Assembly (NCBI GenBank): GCA_026395915.1
Contig: JAPLXU010000013.1
Span: 16,428-80,427 of the forward strand
Direction: 5' to 3'
Source: Candidatus Nomurabacteria bacterium
Lineage (GTDB): Bacteria > Patescibacteriota > Minisyncoccia > Phycocordibacterales > UBA9973
Length of the DNA: 64,000 bases
The notes below the pieces were generated by a model. It saw only the letters and a list, made by a program, of their open reading frames with translations. It had not been told where the DNA came from and ran no database searches. This document shows, piece after piece, positions 16,491 through 25,663 of the stretch. Within the stretch, counting starts at the first letter, position 1. Each line of letters starts with the position of its first letter. A program made the position numbers and the translations under genes.

Positions 16491-17072
16491 ATGAAAAAGA
16501 AGGCTTTAATTTTTGATTGTTTTGGGGTCGTTGCTTCAAGGGTGTTGGGTGGCTGGATCCCAGATAATCTGGGAACTAAATTTGAGTTTGATTCAAGCGA
16601 CATATTTAATAAAATTGACCTTGGTCAAATGTCGGAAAATGAAGCTATTTTAGAATTTTCGAATTTAGTTAATCGCCCACCTCAAGTTGTAAGAAAAGAA
16701 ATTGATGCCTATTTTAGGCCTAATTTGGAATTAGTAGATTGTATCAAAAAATTAAAATCCAAAAAGTATAAGATAATTTTGTTAACAAACTCTAGCCACT
16801 CATTTTTTGAAAGGTTTGTTTTTATTGAACATCCATGGTTTCGTGAATTATTTGATGACATAATTATTTCTTCACAAATAAAAATGATTAAGCCATATAA
16901 AGATATTTATTTATATGCTCTAAAACAAAATAATTTAAAACCCGAAGATGCTGTTTTTATTGATGATAGTCAATCTAATGTTATCGGTGCACAGAATGTT
17001 GGCATCGGATCAATTTTATTTAAAGATGTAGCTCAACTAAAAAAAGATCTATTAAAATATCAGATTGGTTAA
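16491..17072 (+). CDS. HAD-family phosphatase
   Basis: IFDCFGV, LLTNS, KP, VFIDD motifs. Confidence 0.85.
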   Translation: MKKKALIFDCFGVVASRVLGGWIPDNLGTKFEFDSSDIFNKIDLGQMSENEAILEFSNLVNRPPQVVRKEIDAYFRPNLELVDCIKKLKSKKYKIILLTNSSHSFFERFVFIEHPWFRELFDDIIISSQIKMIKPYKDIYLYALKQNNLKPEDAVFIDDSQSNVIGAQNVGIGSILFKDVAQLKKDLLKYQIG

Positions 17073-17152
17073 TTTTTTTAAGCAATTTTTAATATACCAT
17101 ATATAGTAGGTTAAAGAACAGGAATTTTAAAAAGGCAAAATCGATTTTTAAA

Positions 17153-17551
17153 TTATTTATATAAGAATTTCCATTTGCCTCGACCCGCGATTGGAGGTAA
17201 TCCAGCTCTCAAGATTTTCTCCAAAATTTTCCAAATTTCAGTGTCATCTTTTTTAATTGCCTTCAAGAGAGAAGAATATCTACCAATATCATATTTAGCC
17301 GACATTCTAAAGATAGTAGTCGGACTCATGCAAAGAGATTCAGAGATATATGAAGTTGGAACATCCTTTGACAAAAGGTATATAACCGCAAATCTTTTTG
17401 CTAGCATTATTTTTTCCGTGTAGGTTAAAAAATCGTTTAAGAAAAGTTTTGTCCACGATTTTCTCGCTGATTTTTCAAGGGCAGTACCAAGTTCATTGTA
17501 AAGTTTTTGCAAGTGTTCCTTTTTAAGTTTTTTTGATGATACATGAGGCAT
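17153..17551 (-). CDS. TrpR/YerC-like helix-turn-helix protein
   Basis: FLTYTEKIMLAKRFAVIYLL followed by an HTH (ISESLCMSPTTIFR). Confidence 0.7.
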   Translation of the reverse strand: MPHVSSKKLKKEHLQKLYNELGTALEKSARKSWTKLFLNDFLTYTEKIMLAKRFAVIYLLSKDVPTSYISESLCMSPTTIFRMSAKYDIGRYSSLLKAIKKDDTEIWKILEKILRAGLPPIAGRGKWKFLYK

Positions 17552-17621
17552 ATATTTTATTTATTAGTATATCATATATGATAGATTAAGAAATGTAAAT
17601 TAAAAAGATTAAAATTGATAT

Positions 17622-18242
17622 CTAAAAAAGTTTAGTTTGTTCGACTTTTTTGTTTTCTTTTTCCTCCTTTTTTATTTTTTCCAAAATCTTTGGGATTTTT
17701 TTGAAGTCTTCCGTCAAAGTTTCTCTCATGTTTCCGTTGTAAAGAGCGGCTGCTGGGTGGTAGAGGGGGAGAAAATATTTTACATTCACGTGGCTGAATT
17801 TTTTCACTAAGAGTTTCCCATGCACCGAAGAAATTTTCTCTGTCGGGAAAAAGTCGTTCATTGAATGCCTGCCTAAAAACACTACAAGCTTCGGATTTAT
17901 AAAGTTGATTTCCTCTATTAACCAATCCCTGCAAGCGTCTTTTTCTTCCGGAAGTGGGTCGCGATTATTCGGCGGTCTGTATTTCACAATGTTTGTTATA
18001 TAAATTTCTTCGCGTTTCAATTTTATCGCTTCGAGCATTTCTGCCAAGAATTTTCCCGCGGCGCCGACAAAAGGTCGGCCTTGTTTGTCTTCATCTCTTC
18101 CAGGCGCTTCGCCAATGAAAATCATTTCTGAATCAGGATTGCCATCTCCGGGGACGGGTTGAGTCGCCGTCTTTTTTAGTTCGCATTTACAATCAGCAAA
18201 CCATTTTTCATGTATTTTTTTTAGCCCTTCGCTTTTATCCAT
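17622..18242 (-). CDS. Uracil-DNA glycosylase, family 4
   Basis: GEAPG..ED..GRPFVG, TNIVKYRPPNNR, YHPAA. Confidence 0.92.
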   Translation of the reverse strand: MDKSEGLKKIHEKWFADCKCELKKTATQPVPGDGNPDSEMIFIGEAPGRDEDKQGRPFVGAAGKFLAEMLEAIKLKREEIYITNIVKYRPPNNRDPLPEEKDACRDWLIEEINFINPKLVVFLGRHSMNDFFPTEKISSVHGKLLVKKFSHVNVKYFLPLYHPAAALYNGNMRETLTEDFKKIPKILEKIKKEEKENKKVEQTKLF

Positions 18243-18261
18243 TGAGAAAGTCCAATTAAAA

Positions 18262-20013
18262 TTATTTTTTGTTCTTGATTTCCTCCAAAAGTTTTTTCAC
18301 GAGTTCTTCTTTTGATATTTGACCAAGGTTTCCAGAATCGCGGGATTCTAATGTAACCTTTTTTGCTTCCATTTCTTTATCTCCAACGACAATCCAATAA
18401 GGAATTTTATTATTTTTTGCGTCGCGGACTTTTGTGCCAAGATTTTCATCATCATTATCGAATTCTGCGCGGATGTTATTTTCTTTCAACAACTCATAAA
18501 TTTGTTTAGCATATTCGTTGTGATTTTCTCGAACAGGGATGACTTTTACTTGCACCGGCGAGAGCCAGAGAGGGAAGGCGCCAGCAAAATGTTCGATGAT
18601 TATAGACATGAATCTTTCAATAGATCCCATGATAGCCGCATGAATCATTACGATTCTTTCTTTTTCTCCTTTTTCGTTCGTACAGGAAAGATCAAATCTC
18701 TCTGGCATATTCACATCCAATTGGATTGTTGCCACTTGCCATTCTCTTCCGAGCGAATCTTTTGCCATAAAATCAAGTTTCGGCGCGTAAAAAGCCGCTT
18801 CGCCGGGGGCTTCATAATGTTCTGTATTATTTTCTTTTGCCACTTCTCTCAAAACTTGTTCGGCTTTATCCCAATGATCTTTATCACCGAGATATTTTTC
18901 CGGATGCGCGGGATCTCTCAAAGACAGTCTCAAGACCAAAGGAAAATTAAAAGCCTTGTAAAACGCGTGAACTATTTCCCACACATTTTGTATTTCATTT
19001 TTTGCTTGGGAGATACGGCAGAAATCGTGAGCATCGTCTTGGGTAATACACAACACTCTAGACAAGCCAGAAAGTTCTCCTGATTGTTCGTCTCGGTAAA
19101 CCATTGTTGTGTTGGCATAACGCTGGGGCAACTCTTTGTAACTCCATGTTTTACGATTGTATATTTGAGTGTGGTGAGGACAACTCATAGGTTTCATGGC
19201 AAATTCGTGTTTTTCGCGGGTTGTTATTTTAAACAAGTCATCTTTGTATTTATCCCAGTGTCCGCTTGTCATGTAGAGTTCCTTTTTGGTGATATGTGGG
19301 ATTTCTACTTTTACGTAACCATATTTTTGACGAAGTTCCCAGACAAAATCATCCAGCAAGTTTCTCATTAAAGTCCCTTTTGGTGTCCAAAGGGGAAGTC
19401 CGCTTCCGACAAGTTCAGAAAATACGAAAAGATCTAGCTCTTTTCCTAATTTTTTATGATCTCTTTTTTTTGCTTCTTCTCTCTGTTTTGTGTAGGCTTC
19501 CAATTCTTCCTTTGTCTCAAACGCCAACCCATAAATACGAGTGAGCATTTTGTTTTTCTCGTCTCCTCGCCAATACGCTCCCGCTACGCGGTCGAGTTTG
19601 AATGAGTCCGGATCTATTTCCTTGCTCGGATTTTCCAAATGTCCGCCTCGGCATAAATCAGTGAATCCTCCGCAAGTGTAAGTGGTGATTTTTTCGCCAC
19701 GGTCGGCAATCTCGTTTATCAATTCTGTTTTGTATTCATTTTTGAAGAATTTTAAAGCTTCGTCCTTGCTTATTTCCTCATGTTTCCATTCAGTCCACTT
19801 TGGTAACTTTTTCCGCATTTTGTCTTCGATTTTTTTCAAGTCAGAATCAGTTACTTTTTCTCCGCAAAAATCGATATCATAGTAAAAACCGTTTTCTACA
19901 GCTGGTCCGAGGGTGAGCTTTATTTTGTCGAATTTATATATTTCTCCGACCGCGGACGCTAGTAAGTGCGCCAACGTATGCCTCAAATTGTTTAGTTTTT
20001 CTGTCTTTTCCAT
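18262..20013 (-). CDS. thrS: Threonyl-tRNA synthetase
   Basis: RHTLAHLL, DLCRGGH, RDHKKLG, IHAAIMGSIERF; start moved to the ATG of MEKTEK. Confidence 0.96.
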   Translation of the reverse strand: MEKTEKLNNLRHTLAHLLASAVGEIYKFDKIKLTLGPAVENGFYYDIDFCGEKVTDSDLKKIEDKMRKKLPKWTEWKHEEISKDEALKFFKNEYKTELINEIADRGEKITTYTCGGFTDLCRGGHLENPSKEIDPDSFKLDRVAGAYWRGDEKNKMLTRIYGLAFETKEELEAYTKQREEAKKRDHKKLGKELDLFVFSELVGSGLPLWTPKGTLMRNLLDDFVWELRQKYGYVKVEIPHITKKELYMTSGHWDKYKDDLFKITTREKHEFAMKPMSCPHHTQIYNRKTWSYKELPQRYANTTMVYRDEQSGELSGLSRVLCITQDDAHDFCRISQAKNEIQNVWEIVHAFYKAFNFPLVLRLSLRDPAHPEKYLGDKDHWDKAEQVLREVAKENNTEHYEAPGEAAFYAPKLDFMAKDSLGREWQVATIQLDVNMPERFDLSCTNEKGEKERIVMIHAAIMGSIERFMSIIIEHFAGAFPLWLSPVQVKVIPVRENHNEYAKQIYELLKENNIRAEFDNDDENLGTKVRDAKNNKIPYWIVVGDKEMEAKKVTLESRDSGNLGQISKEELVKKLLEEIKNKK

Positions 20014-20088
20014 AATCCATCCATAATAACACACTTTTTTATATATTAAAATTGCTTTTTACCCACAATATGCTAGGATGTATTCATT

Positions 20089-20319
20089 ATGGTAGTACGA
20101 ATGAGAAGCACAAAATCGCATACAGGCAACAGACGTTCGCATCATGCTTTGGAGAGCACCAGTTTTTCCAAGTGTGAGAATTGCAAAGCTTTGAAGAGAC
20201 GCCACACGGTTTGTTCTTCTTGCGGTTTTTATAGGGGTAAAAAAGTTTTAGATTTAGTCAAAAAGATAGAAAAGAAGCAGAAAAAAGAGAAAGCAAAAAA
20301 AGTGGAAGCAGGTAAGTAG
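20089..20319 (+). CDS. rpmF: 50S ribosomal protein L32
   Basis: RRSHHAL..CENC..RRHTVCSSCGFYRG. Confidence 0.93.
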   Translation: MVVRMRSTKSHTGNRRSHHALESTSFSKCENCKALKRRHTVCSSCGFYRGKKVLDLVKKIEKKQKKEKAKKVEAGK

Positions 20320-20323
20320 CGAT

Positions 20324-20396
20324 TAGACCTTAGGCACTAGGCGCTAGCAAGTTTTTAAAATGCTAAAGCCTAACGCCTAGAGCCTAGCGCCTAAAA
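20324..20396. repeat. Inverted arrays of degenerate heptamers
   Basis: tagacct-taggcac-taggcgc-tagcaag facing gctaaag-cctaacg-cctagag-cctagcg-cctaaaa. Confidence 0.7.
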
Positions 20397-20398
20397 TC

Positions 20399-21346
20399 AT
20401 GGCAAATAGGCACCTTTCAAGATCAATAGTACTCCAAACACTTTTCGAGTGGGACTTCTTGCCTGCAGGAAAGAAGATCGATGACGCCGAAAGCGAAAAA
20501 ATCAAAAAAGCGTTAGAAAGAAATCTAAAAGAATTTGCTCCCGGACTTGAGGATGATGATTTTGTGTTTTCTCTCATGGATGAAATTCTGAAGAAGCAAG
20601 AAGAGATCGATAAGATCATAGTGGCGTCGGCGCCGGACTGGCCGATCGAAAAGATTTCTGTCATCGATAGGAATATTTTGAGAATTGGTCTGACTGAACT
20701 TTTATTCGGCGATAGGTCGCAAGTGCCTCCAAAGGTTGCTATCAACGAAGCTATAGAATTGGCAAAAACTTTCGGTGGGGAAAATTCCGGCAAGTTTGTG
20801 AACGGCGTGCTTGGGGCAGTTTACAAAGAAATGGGCGAGCCTGAAAAAGAGCACCAAAAGTCTTCCAAAAAAAAGAACATCGCTGGTCAAAAAGAAAAAA
20901 ATGAAGTGGTTGATATTAGTAAGTTGCCTGTAGAAAAAAAAGGAGGAGCGTTAGTGTACGCAAAAAAAGATGGGAGTATTTTCTTTGCTTTAGTGCATGA
21001 TGTTTTCGGATATTGGACTATTTCAAAAGGCAGTATTGAAAAAGGAGAAAGCGAAGAAGTGGCGACAGTTAGAGAAATTAAAGAAGAAATTGGGCTTGAT
21101 ATTACGATAGAAGAAAGACTCGGGGAGAACGAATATGTCGCGACGCATCCTGCCAAAGGCAAAAGTCTGAAAAAAGTCGTGTATTTTCTCGCTTACAGCG
21201 AATACAAAGAGCTCCAGCTTGAAAAATCTGGCGGGCTTGATGGCGCTAGATGGTTCGAGATGTCAGAGATTCCAGAACTCCGCATTTACAACGATATTAT
21301 TCCACTTATCACAAAAGCGGTTGAAATTATTAGTAAAAAACGCTAG
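20399..21346 (+). CDS. nusB: NusB fused to a C-terminal NUDIX domain
   Basis: [25 protein letters not shown]; then [23 protein letters not shown] Nudix box. Confidence 0.9.
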   Translation: MANRHLSRSIVLQTLFEWDFLPAGKKIDDAESEKIKKALERNLKEFAPGLEDDDFVFSLMDEILKKQEEIDKIIVASAPDWPIEKISVIDRNILRIGLTELLFGDRSQVPPKVAINEAIELAKTFGGENSGKFVNGVLGAVYKEMGEPEKEHQKSSKKKNIAGQKEKNEVVDISKLPVEKKGGALVYAKKDGSIFFALVHDVFGYWTISKGSIEKGESEEVATVREIKEEIGLDITIEERLGENEYVATHPAKGKSLKKVVYFLAYSEYKELQLEKSGGLDGARWFEMSEIPELRIYNDIIPLITKAVEIISKKR

Positions 21347-21404
21347 ACCTCACCCCGCCTTTGGCACCCCTCTCCTTGGCAAGGAGAGGGGCCAGGGGTG
21401 AGGT
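21347..21404. repeat. GC-rich nested palindrome (REP-like)
   Basis: acctcacccc...cccctctccttg-gcaaggagagggg...ggggtgaggt. Confidence 0.75.
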
Positions 21405-21439
21405 GAATTGAGAAATTATTAATATCCTTAATATTATCT

Positions 21440-22135
21440 ATGATCCAATTTTCAAATTTTGAGAAAAAAACAAAAATAATTTTTAAAAATAAAAATCTGC
21501 TAGAGCAGGCTTTTATTCACCGCTCATATATAAACGAAAATCCGGGAACCAAATTGTCGCACAATGAGAGGCTTGAGTTTTTGGGCGACGCCGTGCTAGA
21601 ACTCGTCGTGACAGATTTTCTTTTCAAAAAATATCCGAATTATGCGGAAGGAGAACTGACCGCCTTGCGTTCGGCTCTGGTTAACGCGGTTATTATTTCT
21701 GAAATTGCGACCGGTCTCGGTATGAATGATTTTTTGCTCTTATCAAAAGGTGAGACAAAAGATAACGGCAAAGCAAGACAGTATATTTTGGCAAACACGT
21801 ACGAAGCGTATATCGGCGCCTTGTATCTCGACCAAGGCATCGAGGCAGTGGATAAATTCGTGCACAAATCGCTCTTGCCGAAGACCGAGGAAATAGTTTC
21901 AAAAAAACTTTGGCGTGACGCGAAGTCTCTAGTTCAGGAAAAGGCGCAAGAATTCGTGAACGTCACGCCCGCTTACAAAGTTTTGCACGAGTCTGGCCCC
22001 GACCATGACAAGCATTTTACAGTTGGCATTTATTTCGGAGGCAATTTGATTGCGGAAGGCAAGGGTAAATCAAAGCAAGAAGCGGAGCAAAAAGCCGCCG
22101 AAGCGGCGCTCAAAACAAAAAATTGGCTAGATTAA
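21440..22135 (+). CDS. rnc: Ribonuclease III
   Basis: NERLEFLGDAVL signature and C-terminal dsRBD. Confidence 0.97.
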   Translation: MIQFSNFEKKTKIIFKNKNLLEQAFIHRSYINENPGTKLSHNERLEFLGDAVLELVVTDFLFKKYPNYAEGELTALRSALVNAVIISEIATGLGMNDFLLLSKGETKDNGKARQYILANTYEAYIGALYLDQGIEAVDKFVHKSLLPKTEEIVSKKLWRDAKSLVQEKAQEFVNVTPAYKVLHESGPDHDKHFTVGIYFGGNLIAEGKGKSKQEAEQKAAEAALKTKNWLD

Positions 22136-22156
22136 AAACGGTGCTAAATTTTTAAT

Positions 22157-23848
22157 ATGCAAGCGCAAAATAAAAAATGTCAGAATTGCAAAAAGGACTT
22201 CACGATAGAGTCGGAAGATTTTAATTTCTATGAAAAAATCAAAGTGCCTGCGCCCTCTTGGTGCCCTGAGTGTCGAATGATGCGAAGATTGAATTGGCAG
22301 GGATATCGGATTTTGTACAAAAGGAAATGTGATTTCACGGGAGAGATGATGTTCAGCACGTATCATCAAGATTCTCCATATAAAGTCTATCGCCAAGATA
22401 TTTGGTGGTCAGACAAATGGGATCCGAAAAGTTACGGAAAAGATATCGATTGGAATAGACCGTTTCTTGAACAATTCAAAGAGTTGATGTTAGAAGTTCC
22501 ACACGCTTCTTTAGCCACTGGACATTCGACGATGATTCGTAGCGATTATTGTAATGCGGCCTCAGAGTGTAAAGATTGTTATTTATGTTTTCGCATCACT
22601 GGCGGAGAGGACAGCGCGTATTTGAATACCATTGTCGATGGCAAGCAGTCTTTTGATTGTTCTTTTTTGAATCATTCCGAACTTTGTTATGGATCTACAA
22701 ATATAAATAAATGCTATCAGACTTTCTTTTCACAAGATTGCGCGGAGTGCCATTCTATCTGGTTCTCGCGCGATTTAGTCGGATGTTCTGATTGCATAGG
22801 CTGTATCAATTTGCGTATGAAGCAATATTGCATTTTCAACAAGCAATACAGCAGGGAAGAGTACAAGAAAAAATTTATGGAATTCGATTTCGGAACACTG
22901 GCAAAAATACAAAATTTCCAAAAAGAGACGGAAGAATTCACGAAAAAAGAACCGAGAAGACAATTTCATGGAGTAAAAAACACCAATGTCTCCGGAGAAT
23001 ATATTTCCAATTCAAAAAATGTGCACGATTCGTACCTGTTTGCAAACGGGCTCGATTTGCGATACTGCCAATTTTTAAAAAACGGACCGGCATCCTCATC
23101 CTATGACTGGTCGTTTTTTGGCGACAACGCAGAATTGATGTATGAATGTTGTTGGTGCGGACTGGATTCTCATAATGTGAAATTCAGTTCATGGAATTAT
23201 TACAATCATGATGTCGAGTATTGTTTCGGTTGCCATCATTCCAGCAACCTGTTTGGCTGTGTGAGTTTGATAAAAGGGGAATATTGCATCTTAAACAAAC
23301 AGTATTCGAAAGAAGAATATGAAAAATTAGTTCTTAAAATAAAAAAGCAAATGGCAGAAATTCCATACGAAGATAGACTTGGCAGAGAATATCGTTATGG
23401 CGAAATGTTGCCTGCGGAACTTTCACCGTGGTCTTATAACGAAGCGACAGTCTTCGAATGGTTTCCTCTTAAAAAGGAAGAGGCGGTTGCGAAAGGTTTT
23501 AACTGGCGCGATCCGGATTTGCGCGAATACAAAGATGCGACTGTGGAAATCCCGAGTCATATAAAAGACGTGGAGGACGATGTTTTGCAAGCAATCTTGA
23601 AATGTGTCTCTTGTGGAAAAAATTATCAAATTATTCCAAAAGAATTGCAATTTTTGCGCCGTTTCAATCTTCCGATTTCAGACAATTGTCCACTTTGTCG
23701 AGATCGAGCTCGTATTAAACAACTGAACCCGATGCAGATTTATAATCGTGAATGCGCAAAATGTGGCAAAGAAATTAAGACTTCCTATGCACCTGACCGT
23801 CCGGAAGTAGTATACTGTGAAAAGTGTTACCAACAAGAAGTGTATTAG
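22157..23848 (+). CDS. Cys-rich zinc-ribbon protein, paralog 1
   Basis: CQNC, CPEC, internal CxxC repeats, terminal YCEKCYQQEVY. Confidence 0.8.
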   Translation: MQAQNKKCQNCKKDFTIESEDFNFYEKIKVPAPSWCPECRMMRRLNWQGYRILYKRKCDFTGEMMFSTYHQDSPYKVYRQDIWWSDKWDPKSYGKDIDWNRPFLEQFKELMLEVPHASLATGHSTMIRSDYCNAASECKDCYLCFRITGGEDSAYLNTIVDGKQSFDCSFLNHSELCYGSTNINKCYQTFFSQDCAECHSIWFSRDLVGCSDCIGCINLRMKQYCIFNKQYSREEYKKKFMEFDFGTLAKIQNFQKETEEFTKKEPRRQFHGVKNTNVSGEYISNSKNVHDSYLFANGLDLRYCQFLKNGPASSSYDWSFFGDNAELMYECCWCGLDSHNVKFSSWNYYNHDVEYCFGCHHSSNLFGCVSLIKGEYCILNKQYSKEEYEKLVLKIKKQMAEIPYEDRLGREYRYGEMLPAELSPWSYNEATVFEWFPLKKEEAVAKGFNWRDPDLREYKDATVEIPSHIKDVEDDVLQAILKCVSCGKNYQIIPKELQFLRRFNLPISDNCPLCRDRARIKQLNPMQIYNRECAKCGKEIKTSYAPDRPEVVYCEKCYQQEVY

Positions 23849-23897
23849 GGAAATACATATTTAAGCCATGGCGTAAATATGTATTTGAAGTAAAAAC

Positions 23898-25643
23898 ATG
23901 AAACAAGAAACAAAAAAATGTCAGAATTGCAAAAAAGAATTCACGATAGAGTCGGAAGATTTTAATTTTTACGAAAAAATAAGAGTGCCCGCGCCGACTT
24001 TTTGTCCTGAATGCAGATTGATCAAGCGTCTGCTTATGCGCAACGAGCGCACTCTTTATAAGCGAAAATGCGATTCTTGCGGTGAAGAAAAAATACTAGT
24101 TTTCCCGAAAGAAAGCGAATATAAAGTCTATTGCCACACTTGTTTTTACAGCGATGATTGGGACGGGCAAACTTATGAAAAAGATTACGATTTTTCTAAA
24201 ACTTTTTTTGAGCAATACAAAGAGCTATATGACAGTGTTCCCAGATTGGGAATTGCTAAACAAGGCTTTCAAGTGAACAGCGAATATGTAAATCGCGCGA
24301 GCGACGTGAAAAATTGTTATCTTATTTTTGCAAGCAACGTCAACGAAGATTGTTATTATGGCGTGGCATATTGGGAATCAAAAAATTGCATGGATTGCTA
24401 TAACGCACGAAAATGTGAGAGGTGTTATGAGTGCATAGATTGTTATAAATGTAACGGCGTGAAGTATTCGAAAGAATGCAACGAATGCATCGATTCCTAT
24501 TTCTTGAACAATTGTCGAAACTGCCAAAATTGTTTCGGTTGCACGAATTTAAGAAATAAAAGTTACTGCATTTTTAACAAGCAATACACGAGGGAAGATT
24601 ATTTGGCGACAATTTCCGAACTCAAGCTTTCGAACGGGGCGGAAATAGAGAAAATCGAAAAAGAAGTGAAAAAGGAATCTCTAAATTACGTTGTACCTTG
24701 CATCGTGGAAAAACATTCGGTGAATGTTTCCGGCAATTGGATTGAGAATTCAAAAAATGTGCAGAATTCTTATAATTGCGACAGGGTGGAAGATGGAAAA
24801 TATTTGTTTGGTGTTTCTGACGCCAAGGACGCTATGGATAACACATATTGGGGAGCAGGAAGCGAGCTAATTTATGAATCGTCCAGTATCGGCAGGCAAT
24901 GTTCGTCGGTATTTTTCTCGAATGAATCTTGGGATCAATTGGTACGAGCTGAGTATTGCATCAATTGTTTTGCTTCCTCGGACTTGTTTGGTTGTGTGGG
25001 GCTTCGCAAAAAGCAGTATTGCATTTTGAATAAACAATATACGAAAGAAGAGTACGAAGAATTGGTTCCTAAAATCAAAGAGCAAATGAAAAATATGCCT
25101 TTTGTGGACAACGTCGATAGAACTATCAGTTATGGCGAATTTTTCCCATCTGACATGCTTCCTTTTGCCTATAATGAATCTATAGCGCAAGAATATTTTC
25201 CAAAAACCGAAAAGGAAGCGCTTGCCGAAGGATATCGCTGGAGAAAACCGGATACGAAAAATTATGTTCCGACAATGTCGGCCGATGAATTGCCGAAAAA
25301 TATTAAACTGGTCAACGACAATATCACAAGTGAAATAATAGCTTGCGCGCACGAAGGGAAGTGCAACGAGCAGTGCACAACCGCTTTCAAAATTGTTTTC
25401 AATGAATTGCAATTTTACCGCGCAAACAATATACCGCTTCCGAAACTTTGCCCGAATTGCCGTCACTACGAAAGATTACTGAAACGCCAGCCGATAAAAC
25501 TCTGGCACAGGCAATGCATGTGTGACAAAGAAAATCACATTCACGGCGCGAATGTTTGCGAAACAGAATTTGAAACTTCATACGCTCCAGACAGGCCGGA
25601 GATTGTTTATTGCGAAAAATGTTATCAACAAGAAGTGTATTGA
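23898..25643 (+). CDS. Cys-rich zinc-ribbon protein, paralog 2
   Basis: Same architecture and near-identical termini as 22157..23848. Confidence 0.8.
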   Translation: MKQETKKCQNCKKEFTIESEDFNFYEKIRVPAPTFCPECRLIKRLLMRNERTLYKRKCDSCGEEKILVFPKESEYKVYCHTCFYSDDWDGQTYEKDYDFSKTFFEQYKELYDSVPRLGIAKQGFQVNSEYVNRASDVKNCYLIFASNVNEDCYYGVAYWESKNCMDCYNARKCERCYECIDCYKCNGVKYSKECNECIDSYFLNNCRNCQNCFGCTNLRNKSYCIFNKQYTREDYLATISELKLSNGAEIEKIEKEVKKESLNYVVPCIVEKHSVNVSGNWIENSKNVQNSYNCDRVEDGKYLFGVSDAKDAMDNTYWGAGSELIYESSSIGRQCSSVFFSNESWDQLVRAEYCINCFASSDLFGCVGLRKKQYCILNKQYTKEEYEELVPKIKEQMKNMPFVDNVDRTISYGEFFPSDMLPFAYNESIAQEYFPKTEKEALAEGYRWRKPDTKNYVPTMSADELPKNIKLVNDNITSEIIACAHEGKCNEQCTTAFKIVFNELQFYRANNIPLPKLCPNCRHYERLLKRQPIKLWHRQCMCDKENHIHGANVCETEFETSYAPDRPEIVYCEKCYQQEVY

Positions 25644-25663
25644 AAATATGCTAGAATAAAAAT

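Noticed and set aside
788-25643. Alternative genetic code (UGA = Gly)
   Set aside because: TGA ends genes at sensible positions (791, 2097, 25643) and core genes are intact under code 11
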